Below, in pieces: positions 19,608-31,768 of a stretch of DNA of 64,000 nucleotides (position 1 is its first letter; each line of letters begins with the position of its first letter). The DNA is from Akkermansia sp. (GTDB taxonomy: Bacteria > Verrucomicrobiota > Verrucomicrobiia > Verrucomicrobiales > Akkermansiaceae). The notes under the pieces are model-generated. The model did not search any database. It saw nothing but the letters and a program-made list of their open reading frames with translations, and was not told where the DNA came from. A program made the position numbers and the translations under genes. The stretch lies in assembly GCA_030535795.1 (NCBI GenBank), contig JAUNRE010000001.1:6801-70800 (forward strand). Reading direction: 5' to 3'.

Positions 19608-20918
19608 ATGCAGCAGAGAAGGCCGAACGAAAAATATAACAGCGACCGCAAGCCCCGTTACGCCTCCAAATCCCCGCGCCCTGTCAGTGCTCCCCGTGCT
19701 TACAAGAGCGCTGAGGCTCCCGAGGGTAGTGAAAACTGGGCGCGCCCCTGGGTACAGCTCAAGTATTTTACTTACAATCCGGCTGTCTTTCCCCGTATGC
19801 TGGGGGCGGTGAGCCCCGATGCCGTTGACGGCGGGCTCATCAATGTCTATGATAAGAATGGCGAGCTCTTTGGCGGTGGCTTCTGGAACTCCCGTAGCCG
19901 TACGCCGCTGCGCATGCTTTACCATGGCCCGGAACTGCTCACGGAAGAGAAGCTGGAGGCCGCCTTGCGCCGTGCCGTAGCGTGGCGTCGGGAGGATTGC
20001 CGCTTGGATGAGACAACCTCGGCCTATCGCATCATCCATGGTGATTCCGATGGTCTGGGCGGATTGATAGCCGACCGCTATGGCGACGTGCTCAGCCTGG
20101 AGGTGACGACGCTGGGTGTATGGCAGCGCCTGGAGCGTTGGCTGCCGCTGCTGCACAAGCTGTGTGGTACGACTCGCCATGTCATTTCCGTGGACGATGC
20201 CATTGCGCGCATGGAAGGCATCGACCCCACTACCGCGCCGGCAAGCGAGCCGGTGCACCGCGTGCGCATTGTGGAAAACGGTGTCAATTTTGAGGTTGAT
20301 TTCGCTCAAGGGCACAAGACCGGCTTCTTCTGCGACCAGCGCGACAATCGCCTGAAGCTTTCCCGCTTGGTGGAGGGGAAAACGCTGCTGGACTTGTGCT
20401 GTTACTCCGGCGGTTTCTCCATACATGCCAAATTGCACGGTGGGGCGAAGGAGGTCACGGCGGTAGATCTCGATGAAAAGGCCATTCTCATGGCAAAGCG
20501 CAATGCCAATATCAACAACTCTTCCGGTCCCCTGCGTATTGATTTCGTGCATGCTGACGCCTTTGTTTACGCTCGCCAGATGGTGCGCAACGGCAAGCAG
20601 TTTGACGTAGTGCTGCTCGACCCGCCCAAGTTTGTGTTGGGTCGCGATGAGGAAAAAGAGGAGGGGCTGAAGAAATACAACGATCTCAATATGCTTGGCT
20701 TGCAATGTGTGCGCCGGGGCGGGTTGTTTGTAACCTGCTCCTGCTCGGGGCTGCTGAGTCCGACCGAGTTCGAGAAGACGGTCATCAAAGCAGCTCAGCG
20801 TCTTGGCCGCCGTTTGCAGATACTGGAAATGACCGGCCCCGGTTGGGACCACCCGTTCCTGTCCACCTACCCCGAGGGACGCTACCTCAAGGTGCTCTGG
20901 GCTCGAGTGCTCGCATAA
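19608..20918 (+). CDS. rlmI: RlmI-like SAM-dependent rRNA m5C methyltransferase
   Basis: HGDSDGLGGLIADRY, GHKTGFFCDQRDNR, LDPPKF, TCSCS, EGRYLK. Confidence 0.88.
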   Translation: MQQRRPNEKYNSDRKPRYASKSPRPVSAPRAYKSAEAPEGSENWARPWVQLKYFTYNPAVFPRMLGAVSPDAVDGGLINVYDKNGELFGGGFWNSRSRTPLRMLYHGPELLTEEKLEAALRRAVAWRREDCRLDETTSAYRIIHGDSDGLGGLIADRYGDVLSLEVTTLGVWQRLERWLPLLHKLCGTTRHVISVDDAIARMEGIDPTTAPASEPVHRVRIVENGVNFEVDFAQGHKTGFFCDQRDNRLKLSRLVEGKTLLDLCCYSGGFSIHAKLHGGAKEVTAVDLDEKAILMAKRNANINNSSGPLRIDFVHADAFVYARQMVRNGKQFDVVLLDPPKFVLGRDEEKEEGLKKYNDLNMLGLQCVRRGGLFVTCSCSGLLSPTEFEKTVIKAAQRLGRRLQILEMTGPGWDHPFLSTYPEGRYLKVLWARVLA

Positions 20919-20960
20919 TCTTCCTTCCTTACAAACACACATACCCATACTCACGCTACG

Positions 20961-22685
20961 ATGATCGGAACGCTGGCACTCGGACTTGTCCTGGCATTGG
21001 TGTTGGGCATGATTGCTCAGCGCTTGAAGCTCTCACCCCTCGTCGGGTATTTGCTGGCCGGCATGCTGGCGGCGCAGCCCTGGTGGGGGCTCACGAGCGA
21101 CCCGCACAAGGTCATGCATGAGTTCGCGCATATTGGCGAGGTGTTGCTGCTGTTCGGTGTGGGGCTGCATTTCCACTTTAAGGATTTGTTAGCCGTGCGC
21201 AAGGTGGCGGTGCCGGGCTCGCTGATATGTATGACCCTGTGGACGGGCAGCGGGGCGCTGGTGTACCACTGGCTGGTGCCCGGTGCAGATTGGGTGGCTT
21301 CGTTGCTTTTCGGCATGTGCGTGTGCGTGAGCAGTACGGTGGTGCTTACCCGTGTGCTGGAGGATAACCGTCTGCTGCATACCCCCAGTGGCCATACCGC
21401 CGTCGGTTGGCTGGTGATGGAGGATATCTTCACGATTGTGTTGCTCGTGTTATTGCCTGCTGTCTTCATCATGCCCGAGGGTGGCAGCCGTGCCGAGTTC
21501 TGTGCGGATGATCTGGGCAGTGCCCTGTGGGGGATGGTATGGAAACTGGCGCTCATGGTCTTCTGTGTGTCGTTTGTGGGTAAGTTTGTGATATCAAAGG
21601 TGCTCACCTTCGTGGCGCGCAACAACTCCAACGAGCTCTTCACGCTGGCGGTGCTCACAATCGCCCTGGGTGTGGCCGTGCTTTCGGCGGAGGTGTTTAA
21701 TGCCAGTATGGTGTTCGGTGCGTTCCTTTCGGGTATGGTCGTAGGGCAGAGCAAGTTTGCCAGCCGTGCTGCTGCCGATGCTTTGCCCATGCGCGATGCC
21801 TTTGCCGTGCTCTTCTTCGTTTCTGTGGGCATGGGCTTTGATTTCATGGGACTTATCGACAACTGGCCGCTGGCGCTGGGTACACTGGGCGTGACGCTGT
21901 TGTGGAAACCCATCAGCGCCTATATGGTCATTCGCCTGCTGCGGCGTCCCGGCAGCCTGGGCGTGGTGGTGGGTACCTCTCTGTCGCAGATTGGTGAGTT
22001 CTCGTTCATTCTTGCGGCCATGGTGGCCGGTGAGCGTTTCGGCCTGTTGCCTGCCAGTGCGGTGAATATCATTACGGGTGTGGCCATTATTACCATTACC
22101 ATCAATGTCCTGCTGTTCCGTCATGTGCCGGCTCTTATCCACAAGATGGAAGATTGGGGTATTGGCATGCAGAAGACAGATTCCTCTGCTTTGCCTGCCC
22201 CCACAGAGGCGCGCGACCGCGTCATTGTGGTGGGGTATGGCCCCTGTGGTGAGATGATTACCCGCATTCTTCAGGAGAATGAAATCGAAGTCGTGGTGCT
22301 GGAGATGAATATTGACACTGTTTCTCGCCTCACGGCCAAGGGAATTCATGCCTTGCACGGGGATGCTCGCCTGCGTACCATTCTGCAGCTTGCCGGGGCT
22401 GAGAAGGCAAAAGCCATCATCGTGACGGCTGTGGGGGCTCCCGCGCCCGAGATTGCGGCGTCTGCCCGCGCTCTGAATCCCCGGATTAAGGTGATGGCTC
22501 ACACCACCTACCTGCAAAATGCCAGGAAGATGCGTGCCGCCGGGGCTCAAACCGTCGTTTCCGGTGAGGAGGAAGTGGCTCTTACCCTCAGTGGCTTGCT
22601 GTTGCGCGAGCTGGAGGCAACCGAGGAGCAGATTGCCAGGGCGCGCCGCGAATATCGCGAACAATTCAGACAAGCGTCAATTTGA
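20961..22685 (+). CDS. CPA2 cation:proton antiporter with TrkA-N domain (YbaL/RosB-like)
   Basis: SST, MED, FFVSVGM, QIGEFSF, VGYGPCG, GDA. Confidence 0.9.
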   Translation: MIGTLALGLVLALVLGMIAQRLKLSPLVGYLLAGMLAAQPWWGLTSDPHKVMHEFAHIGEVLLLFGVGLHFHFKDLLAVRKVAVPGSLICMTLWTGSGALVYHWLVPGADWVASLLFGMCVCVSSTVVLTRVLEDNRLLHTPSGHTAVGWLVMEDIFTIVLLVLLPAVFIMPEGGSRAEFCADDLGSALWGMVWKLALMVFCVSFVGKFVISKVLTFVARNNSNELFTLAVLTIALGVAVLSAEVFNASMVFGAFLSGMVVGQSKFASRAAADALPMRDAFAVLFFVSVGMGFDFMGLIDNWPLALGTLGVTLLWKPISAYMVIRLLRRPGSLGVVVGTSLSQIGEFSFILAAMVAGERFGLLPASAVNIITGVAIITITINVLLFRHVPALIHKMEDWGIGMQKTDSSALPAPTEARDRVIVVGYGPCGEMITRILQENEIEVVVLEMNIDTVSRLTAKGIHALHGDARLRTILQLAGAEKAKAIIVTAVGAPAPEIAASARALNPRIKVMAHTTYLQNARKMRAAGAQTVVSGEEEVALTLSGLLLRELEATEEQIARARREYREQFRQASI

Positions 22686-22721
22686 CTTGCCAAGTCGTTC
22701 GCTCAGTGATATGCTGAGAGC

Positions 22722-23474
22722 ATGAAAACATTTTCCCTCATTCTTGCCCTGCTGGTGGTGCTGATGCCTGTGTCTCAGGCCGGTGACCGGGAGGATAAAA
22801 TTATTAACTCTCTGCTGAAAGTGGGGGTGAAGTTCCTCCAGTCGGAGCAGGAGCGCCGTGCTCGCAAAGCCGAAGCTCGAGAGGCCGAACCGCTGCCTCC
22901 CGTGCCCGAGGTCGCGGAGCCGGAAACCGAGGGGCCGACCGGTGAGCCGGACTACTATGACAATGCCGGGCATCCTGTGTATAACGATGTGCTGCCGGCA
23001 GACGCCGCGCCGCCTGCTCCCAAACGCAGCTGGAAGGATCGCGGCCGTGATATGGTGGGGGCGCTGGTAAGCGGTGGAATGAATCGGCTCGGCGATGAGC
23101 CTATATCCAAAGTTATCGCCAAGGCGGCCAAGGAAGCTCTGGATGTGCTGGTGAATGAGTACAAGGAGCAGTACAAGCAGGAAGGCCGCGAGTATGCCAA
23201 AGAAGTGGGCGATAAGATTGTGGGGCGCGTACTTAACGACCCGAAAATCGCTGCTTCGATTTATACGGTGCAGGCGCTGTGCTGGGGTGTCATTATTTAT
23301 CTCACCCTGGTGACGGTGCTGGTGGTGTTCAGCTTGCTTCATCTCAAACGCGTCAACAGTAAGCTGCTTGTATCGGTGGAGGAAATGAAGGCGCTGCTCC
23401 AACAGGCTTTGCCTGCCCTGAAATCCGCTGAGTCGGATAAGGAAAAATCGAGCGCCGATTCTTCCGAAAAGTGA
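22722..23474 (+). CDS. Hypothetical exported protein with C-terminal TM helix
   Basis: Signal peptide, Pro/Glu linker, one TM. Confidence 0.7.
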   Translation: MKTFSLILALLVVLMPVSQAGDREDKIINSLLKVGVKFLQSEQERRARKAEAREAEPLPPVPEVAEPETEGPTGEPDYYDNAGHPVYNDVLPADAAPPAPKRSWKDRGRDMVGALVSGGMNRLGDEPISKVIAKAAKEALDVLVNEYKEQYKQEGREYAKEVGDKIVGRVLNDPKIAASIYTVQALCWGVIIYLTLVTVLVVFSLLHLKRVNSKLLVSVEEMKALLQQALPALKSAESDKEKSSADSSEK

Positions 23475-23487
23475 TTCTTCTGCATGG

Positions 23488-23522
23488 AAAAGCCCCGCCG
23501 TTACACCAACGGCGGGGCTTTT
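23488..23522. terminator. Bidirectional terminator
   Basis: AAAAGCCCCGCCGTT / AACGGCGGGGCTTTT. Confidence 0.9.
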
Positions 23523-23545
23523 GAAATTTCTGCGGCTCTGTCGGC

Positions 23546-24940
23546 TTACTGAGCGAGGGCGCTGAGCAGCTTGGTATGAATGCCGCCAAAGCCGCCGTTG
23601 CTCATCACCAGCAACACATCGCCGGGGTGTACACGCGTCACGACGTGCGCTACAATGTCATCCACTCCGGTGCCCAGGTAACACTCCGTGCCTTTTTCGT
23701 GTATGTCATGGCAGAGCTTCTCCTCATCCAGTCGCTCTTCGGGGCGCAGGCGTTTGTGGTTTTCCACGGGGGATATCACGGCAAAATCGGCCGTTGCCAG
23801 AGCGTCGGCCAGTTCGTCCTGGAAGAGGTTGCGGATGGTGGTGTTGCTGCGCGGGTCGAAGAGCACCCACAGGCGGCTCTTGGGGAAGCGCTGACGCAGG
23901 CCTTCCACCGCCTGGCGAATGGCTGTGGGGTGGTGGGCAAAGTCATCCACCACGGTGACGCTGTTGACCGTGCCGCGCACTTCCTGGCGGCGAGCAACAC
24001 CCTCAAATGTAAGGAATGCGGCGCGAATCCGGTCGGGGGTAAGCCCGGCATTGCGTGCGGCGCAGGTGGCCATGGCGGCATTGCGTATGTTGAAATCGCC
24101 TATCATGGGCACGCTGTATGTTTCGCCATCCAGCGTGAATGAGCTGCCATCGGTGCGGTGCTCGATATCGGTGATGCGCAGGTCGGCCTGCTCGCCCATG
24201 CCGACGCTCACCAGTTTCACCATCTTAAGTTCCTCTGCTGCATGGGCCTTCACATCGGCACAGTTCGGACAGTCGGCATTGATGAACACGACACCGGTGC
24301 GGGGTACCACACGCAGCAGGCGCTTGAAGGAGAGCTTGATTTCCTCCACGTTGGCGTAGATGTCGGCGTGATCCATCTCGATGTTGTTGATGATGACAAC
24401 TTCGGGCAGGTAATGCAGGAATTTGGAGCGCTTGTCGAAGAAGGCGGTGTCGTACTCATCGCCTTCCAGAACGCAGTAGTCCGAGTCGGTGAATCGTCCG
24501 CCGCGTCCCAGGTTGCGGGCGATGCCGCCAATCATGAAGCTGGGGTTGAGCCCGTTGGCCTCCATCAGCCATGCCAGCATGCTGGTCGTCGTGGTCTTGC
24601 CGTGGGTGCCGGTGACAACATAGTTGTGCTTGCCCCACAGGAAGTACTCCTTCATGGTCTCGGGCAGGCTCATGTAGCGCAGGTTGCGCTCCAGCACGGC
24701 CTCCACTTCTGCATTGCCGCGGCTCATGGCGTTGCCGATGACAATCATGTCAGCCTCCGCCGGGATGTTTTCGGGCTTATAACCCTGGAAAATCTGTATC
24801 CCCTCACTCTCCAGAAACGTGGACATGGGCGGGTAGACGTTGGCATCCGTGCCGGTTACGGTGTAACCCTTGCGAGCCATGGCGGAGGCTACAGCACCCA
24901 TCGCGGTGCCGCAAATGCCGAGGAAATGGACGTGCTTCAT
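23546..24940 (-). CDS. mpl: Murein peptide ligase Mpl
   Basis: HFLGICGTAMG, GTHGKTTT, EGDEYDTAFFDKRSKF, DDFAHHPT, MSNGGFGG. Confidence 0.93.
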   Translation of the reverse strand: MKHVHFLGICGTAMGAVASAMARKGYTVTGTDANVYPPMSTFLESEGIQIFQGYKPENIPAEADMIVIGNAMSRGNAEVEAVLERNLRYMSLPETMKEYFLWGKHNYVVTGTHGKTTTTSMLAWLMEANGLNPSFMIGGIARNLGRGGRFTDSDYCVLEGDEYDTAFFDKRSKFLHYLPEVVIINNIEMDHADIYANVEEIKLSFKRLLRVVPRTGVVFINADCPNCADVKAHAAEELKMVKLVSVGMGEQADLRITDIEHRTDGSSFTLDGETYSVPMIGDFNIRNAAMATCAARNAGLTPDRIRAAFLTFEGVARRQEVRGTVNSVTVVDDFAHHPTAIRQAVEGLRQRFPKSRLWVLFDPRSNTTIRNLFQDELADALATADFAVISPVENHKRLRPEERLDEEKLCHDIHEKGTECYLGTGVDDIVAHVVTRVHPGDVLLVMSNGGFGGIHTKLLSALAQ

Positions 24941-25271
24941 AAATATGTAGGTCGAGTATGAGAGGTGAGTTAGGTTAACGCATTCCCGCGCTTTTGGCAA
25001 GCGTTTTTTATGTATGTCTGTGTATGCTTTTGTTATGAGAGTCGTTTCTCATGAGACCCCATCCCCTTAACTGCGAGCTCGCATCGCTCGTCTCTCGGCA
25101 CCGAAAGGTGGGGAGCACCCTGTGGAGTGATACGCAATATCCCTGTAAAGCCCTCTGTATGCCCTTGCAGGGGCTGTGCAATGGATAGGGCGCATAGGGT
25201 AAGGGGCGGCGCACTATGACGCGCTACAGGGCGTATTGTGGCAAAAATGGCCACAATGACATAATATATAA

Positions 25272-27867
<2,596 letters not shown>

Positions 27868-27891
27868 CCCTTAACCGATTTTTACTGAATT

Positions 27892-30561
27892 ATGAGCGAA
27901 ACAAGAATCCGCCCGGTAGACGTGGCAGAGGAGGTCTCCCGCAGCTTCCTTGACTACTCCATGTCCGTGATTATCTCCCGCGCTCTGCCGGATGCGCGTG
28001 ACGGTCTCAAACCCTCCCAGCGCCGTGTGCTCTATGCCATGCATGAGCTGGGGCTGGTGCCCTCCAAGGGCACGGTAAAGTGCGGTCGTATCGTGGGTGA
28101 CACCATCGGTAAATACCACCCGCACGGTGACGCCTCGGCCTACGGCACACTGGTGAACATGGCGCAGCCCTGGTACATGCGCGATGTGCTGGTGCTCGGT
28201 CAGGGTAACTTCGGTTCCCCCGAAGGCGACCCCCCCGCAGCTTACCGATACACCGAGGCCAAGCTGAGCCACCTGGGGCTCTCCCTCATGGACGACCTGG
28301 ACAAGGACACCGTGGATTTCCAGCCCAACTATGATAACAGCACCAGCGAGCCCGTGGTGTTCCCCTCCGCTTTCCCGAACCTGCTGGTGAACGGCGGGCA
28401 GGGTATCGCCGTGGGTATGGCCACCAACATGGCTCCTCACAACCTCGGCGAGGTCGTGGACGGTGTGTGCGCTTACATCGATAATCCCCACATCACCAGC
28501 GAGCAGCTGCGCGCCTACATCAAGGGGCCGGATTTCCCCACCGGCGGCTATGTGCTGGGCTACAAGGGCATTGATAGCTACTTCCGTACCGGCCGCGGCA
28601 GCGTGCGTATGCGTGGTAAGATTGAGGTCGTTAGCAATGAGAACGGCCGCGAGTTCCTGCATATCTCGGATGTTCCCTACGGCGTGAACCGTGCCGTGTT
28701 GCAGGAGCGTATCGCAGAGCTGAGCCGCGACAAGGTTATTACCGACATCGCCGGTATGCGCGACCTGACGGATTACATCGAAATCGAGCTCAAGCGTGAT
28801 GCCCGCCCGCAGGTGGTCATCAACCAGCTCTACAAGCTCACCAGTCTCGATACCTCTTTCGCCGTCAACATGCTGGCTATTCATGAGGGGCGCCCCAAGG
28901 TGCTTACTATGAAGGATGCCATCAACTTCTACGTTGAGCACCGCCGCGAGGTTATCGTGCGCCGCACCAAGTACCTGCTGCGCAAGGCTGAGGACCGCGC
29001 CGAGGTGTTGGAGGCATACCTCATTGCCCTGGCGAATCTGGATGAGTTCATCCGCATCATCCGCGACTCCCGCAACCGCGAGGACGCTCGCAACCGCCTG
29101 ATGGCGTTCCGCTTCCCGGTGGCGCTGGCCAAGGGGCTGGGCATTCTTATTCACAGCCAGCCCTCTGTACAGGGGGATGACTATGTGTTCACGGAGCGTC
29201 AGGTGAATGCCATCCTTGATTTGCGTCTCTATCAGCTGACTGCTCTTGAGAACGATAAGATTTCCGATGAGTACAAGAAGCTGCTGGAGCTCATTGAGGA
29301 CTATCTCGACATTCTGGCCAACGAGAGCCGCGTGCTCGGCATTGTGAAGGACGAACTGCGCGCCATCAAGGAGAAATACGCCACGCCGCGTATGACCCAT
29401 ATCATTCCCTTCGAGGGCGATATGGCCATTGAGGATCTCATCCCCAATGACTCCATGATTGTGACAATCTCTCACAGCGGCTACATCAAGCGCACGAACT
29501 CCGACGAGTACCGACTGCAGGCTCGCGGCGGCAAGGGTATCAAGGCTGCTACCACCAAGAGCAAGAAAGATGCCAACGATTACGTGGAGCACCTTTTCGC
29601 CGCTCAGAATCATGACTACATCATGTTCTTCACCAACACGGGGCGTGTGTACGTGGAGCGTGTGTACGAGATTGATGAAGCCGCTCGCAGCGCTCAGGGG
29701 CGTTCCATTAAGAACCTGCTTGACATGCAGGCCGATGAGCGCATCGCTGCTATCCTGCGCCTGGAGCGCAAGGTGAGCGATGACGGCAAGGATATCACCT
29801 TCGCTGAAGGCTCCGGCAACGTGGTGTTTGCCACTAAGGACGGCACCGTGAAGAAGACCGCCCTCAACGACTTCGTGAACTACCGCAAGGCCGGTATCAT
29901 TGCCATTAACCTGGAGGAGGGCAACTCCCTCGTGAATGCCGTGCTGACTACCGGTGAGCAGGATGTCATCATCGTCACCCACAACGGCATGAGCATCCGC
30001 TTCAATGAGGACGATATGCGTACCCAGGGCCGCAATACCATCGGCGTACGCGGTATCAAACTGCGTGAGGGTGACTATGTGGTTGCCATGGCTGTGGTGC
30101 CCGAGGGCGAAACGGCCGGTTCTGCTGCCGATGATGCAGAGGAAACGGCTGCAACCGAACCCGCTGCTGAGGAACAGGCCGCCGCTCACTCTCTGCTGGT
30201 CGTGTCCGAAAACGGCCTTGGCAAGCGCACTCGCTTTGCTGAGTATCGCCTGCAGAGCCGCGGCGGTATCGGTATCAAGACGATGAACTGCACCGACAAG
30301 ACGGGTCTGGTCGTTTCCGCCACTACTGTGACGGATGCCGATGAGCTCATGATTATGACCTCCGGCGGCCAATCTGTCCGCATGAAGGTGAACACCATCC
30401 GTGAGACCGGCCGCGCGACCCAGGGTGTGAAACTCATTACCCTCAACGGCAAGGAGGCGATTCAGGAAATCACCCTCGTCATCCCCGATGACGATGAGGA
30501 TGATACCGCCGAGGGCGAAGAGACACCCGAAGCCTCCGAGCCCACCGAAGGCGAAAGCTGA
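27892..30561 (+). CDS. gyrA: DNA gyrase subunit A
   Basis: DGLKP, YHPHGD, AAYRYTE (catalytic Tyr), GyrA-box QARGGKG, acidic tail. Confidence 0.97.
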   Translation: MSETRIRPVDVAEEVSRSFLDYSMSVIISRALPDARDGLKPSQRRVLYAMHELGLVPSKGTVKCGRIVGDTIGKYHPHGDASAYGTLVNMAQPWYMRDVLVLGQGNFGSPEGDPPAAYRYTEAKLSHLGLSLMDDLDKDTVDFQPNYDNSTSEPVVFPSAFPNLLVNGGQGIAVGMATNMAPHNLGEVVDGVCAYIDNPHITSEQLRAYIKGPDFPTGGYVLGYKGIDSYFRTGRGSVRMRGKIEVVSNENGREFLHISDVPYGVNRAVLQERIAELSRDKVITDIAGMRDLTDYIEIELKRDARPQVVINQLYKLTSLDTSFAVNMLAIHEGRPKVLTMKDAINFYVEHRREVIVRRTKYLLRKAEDRAEVLEAYLIALANLDEFIRIIRDSRNREDARNRLMAFRFPVALAKGLGILIHSQPSVQGDDYVFTERQVNAILDLRLYQLTALENDKISDEYKKLLELIEDYLDILANESRVLGIVKDELRAIKEKYATPRMTHIIPFEGDMAIEDLIPNDSMIVTISHSGYIKRTNSDEYRLQARGGKGIKAATTKSKKDANDYVEHLFAAQNHDYIMFFTNTGRVYVERVYEIDEAARSAQGRSIKNLLDMQADERIAAILRLERKVSDDGKDITFAEGSGNVVFATKDGTVKKTALNDFVNYRKAGIIAINLEEGNSLVNAVLTTGEQDVIIVTHNGMSIRFNEDDMRTQGRNTIGVRGIKLREGDYVVAMAVVPEGETAGSAADDAEETAATEPAAEEQAAAHSLLVVSENGLGKRTRFAEYRLQSRGGIGIKTMNCTDKTGLVVSATTVTDADELMIMTSGGQSVRMKVNTIRETGRATQGVKLITLNGKEAIQEITLVIPDDDEDDTAEGEETPEASEPTEGES

Positions 30562-30590
30562 TAGCCCATCGCCCAAAGCTCTGACTTCAG

Positions 30591-30628
30591 GCCGCTGCTT
30601 CCTCTTAGGATGGGAGCAGCGGCTTTTT
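30591..30628 (+). terminator. gyrBA terminator
   Basis: GCCGCTGCTTCC / GGGAGCAGCGGC followed by TTTTT. Confidence 0.85.
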
Positions 30629-30678
30629 AGTATCTACGGCTTGTAAAGACCTAATCGTTCCATCATGCGGCGGTAAAT

Positions 30679-30821
30679 AAAACTTGACTCTTGTCAAATG
30701 TCAAATAATTTTGATACTTGACAAAAATAATTAAATGAAGCAAAAAAATGCGAAATATCAATATCATAATATAGAAAAACTTGACTTTTGTCAAGAAATA
30801 AGATAATTTGACACTTGACAA
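30679..30821. repeat. Two 46-bp imperfect direct repeats built from TTGAC/GTCAA inverted repeats (putative operators)
   Basis: 30679-30724 aaaacttgactcttgtcaa...tttgatacttgacaa versus 30776-30821 aaaacttgacttttgtcaa...tttgacacttgacaa. Confidence 0.85.
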
Positions 30822-31768
30822 TGAGCTCTGATCTTACAGCCCAGCTTCATCAAATAGGCTTGCATTGCGAGACTGTAAAAGAATTATTGGTTCCGGAAGG
30901 CCTGCCGGTTCTGTACCTTGCTTTATATCGCTTAAGCGAAGTGAAGCTGGGAGTTCACCATTGTGTGATGGCTGAGGATACAGAACGAATGCGGCTCACG
31001 CCTGCCGCTATCTATCGTCATGTGCAGGAACTGCAACATCATTTTAAGCTGCCCGTAGTGTATGTGGGCGGACGCGGAATTTCGCATTTGGGGCGCCGTT
31101 TGCAGGAAGTCGGGGTGCCGTTTATTATACCCGGGCTTCGCGTTTATCTTCCGTTTATGGGGGTAATCGAAATCACCCGTGAGACTTGTAAAGAATTCAA
31201 AAATAAGCTGAGCGTATGGGCTCAGCTTGCTGTGCTGGCAGTATTGCACAAGAGGATTGCTGTGACGTGTGAGTCTGCCGCTGAGTTAGCTGAAGTGCTG
31301 GGCTGTTCTCGTTCGGCTGCTGTTCTCGTGTTCCAAGAGCTCGAATTTCATGGGTTAGGCTATAGAAAGCGTGAGAAACGCAATATCCGCTTTTGTTTTG
31401 CAGAGTGTGGTCGTGCTTTGTGGGAGCGAGCTTTACCCCTCATGGAGAATCCTTGCGTACGTGTAGTTGGCGTAGATGCCGTCCCGTCCGGGGCTGTCGT
31501 TGCAGGGGTGGATGCCATCGCTCCTCTGACGAATCTCGCGTGCAAGCTCGTGACAAATTATGCTATCTCCCGCCGCGATTTTCTGAAGCTCAAGGATGTC
31601 GAGGTGTTACCGCAGCAGGTCGCTACATATAGCCTGGAGTTGTGGTATTATGCGCCCGACATTCTGGTGACTACAGATGTCCTTTCTCTCGTTTTATCTT
31701 TACAGAAATCTGAAGACGAGCGTGTACAGGAAGCTCTCGAAACTCTTATCCGGCATTTTCCATGGTAA
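30821..31768 (+). CDS. wHTH-containing putative antitoxin / regulator (AbiEi-like)
   Basis: SAAELAEVLGCSRSAAVLVFQELE HTH; VPFIIPG..YLPF; DERVQEALE; overlaps the next gene. Confidence 0.6.
   Translation: MSSDLTAQLHQIGLHCETVKELLVPEGLPVLYLALYRLSEVKLGVHHCVMAEDTERMRLTPAAIYRHVQELQHHFKLPVVYVGGRGISHLGRRLQEVGVPFIIPGLRVYLPFMGVIEITRETCKEFKNKLSVWAQLAVLAVLHKRIAVTCESAAELAEVLGCSRSAAVLVFQELEFHGLGYRKREKRNIRFCFAECGRALWERALPLMENPCVRVVGVDAVPSGAVVAGVDAIAPLTNLACKLVTNYAISRRDFLKLKDVEVLPQQVATYSLELWYYAPDILVTTDVLSLVLSLQKSEDERVQEALETLIRHFPW

Noticed and set aside
30679-30821. Repeats as a mini-CRISPR or IS ends
   Set aside because: Only two imperfect copies, no cas or transposase, and they overlap promoter elements
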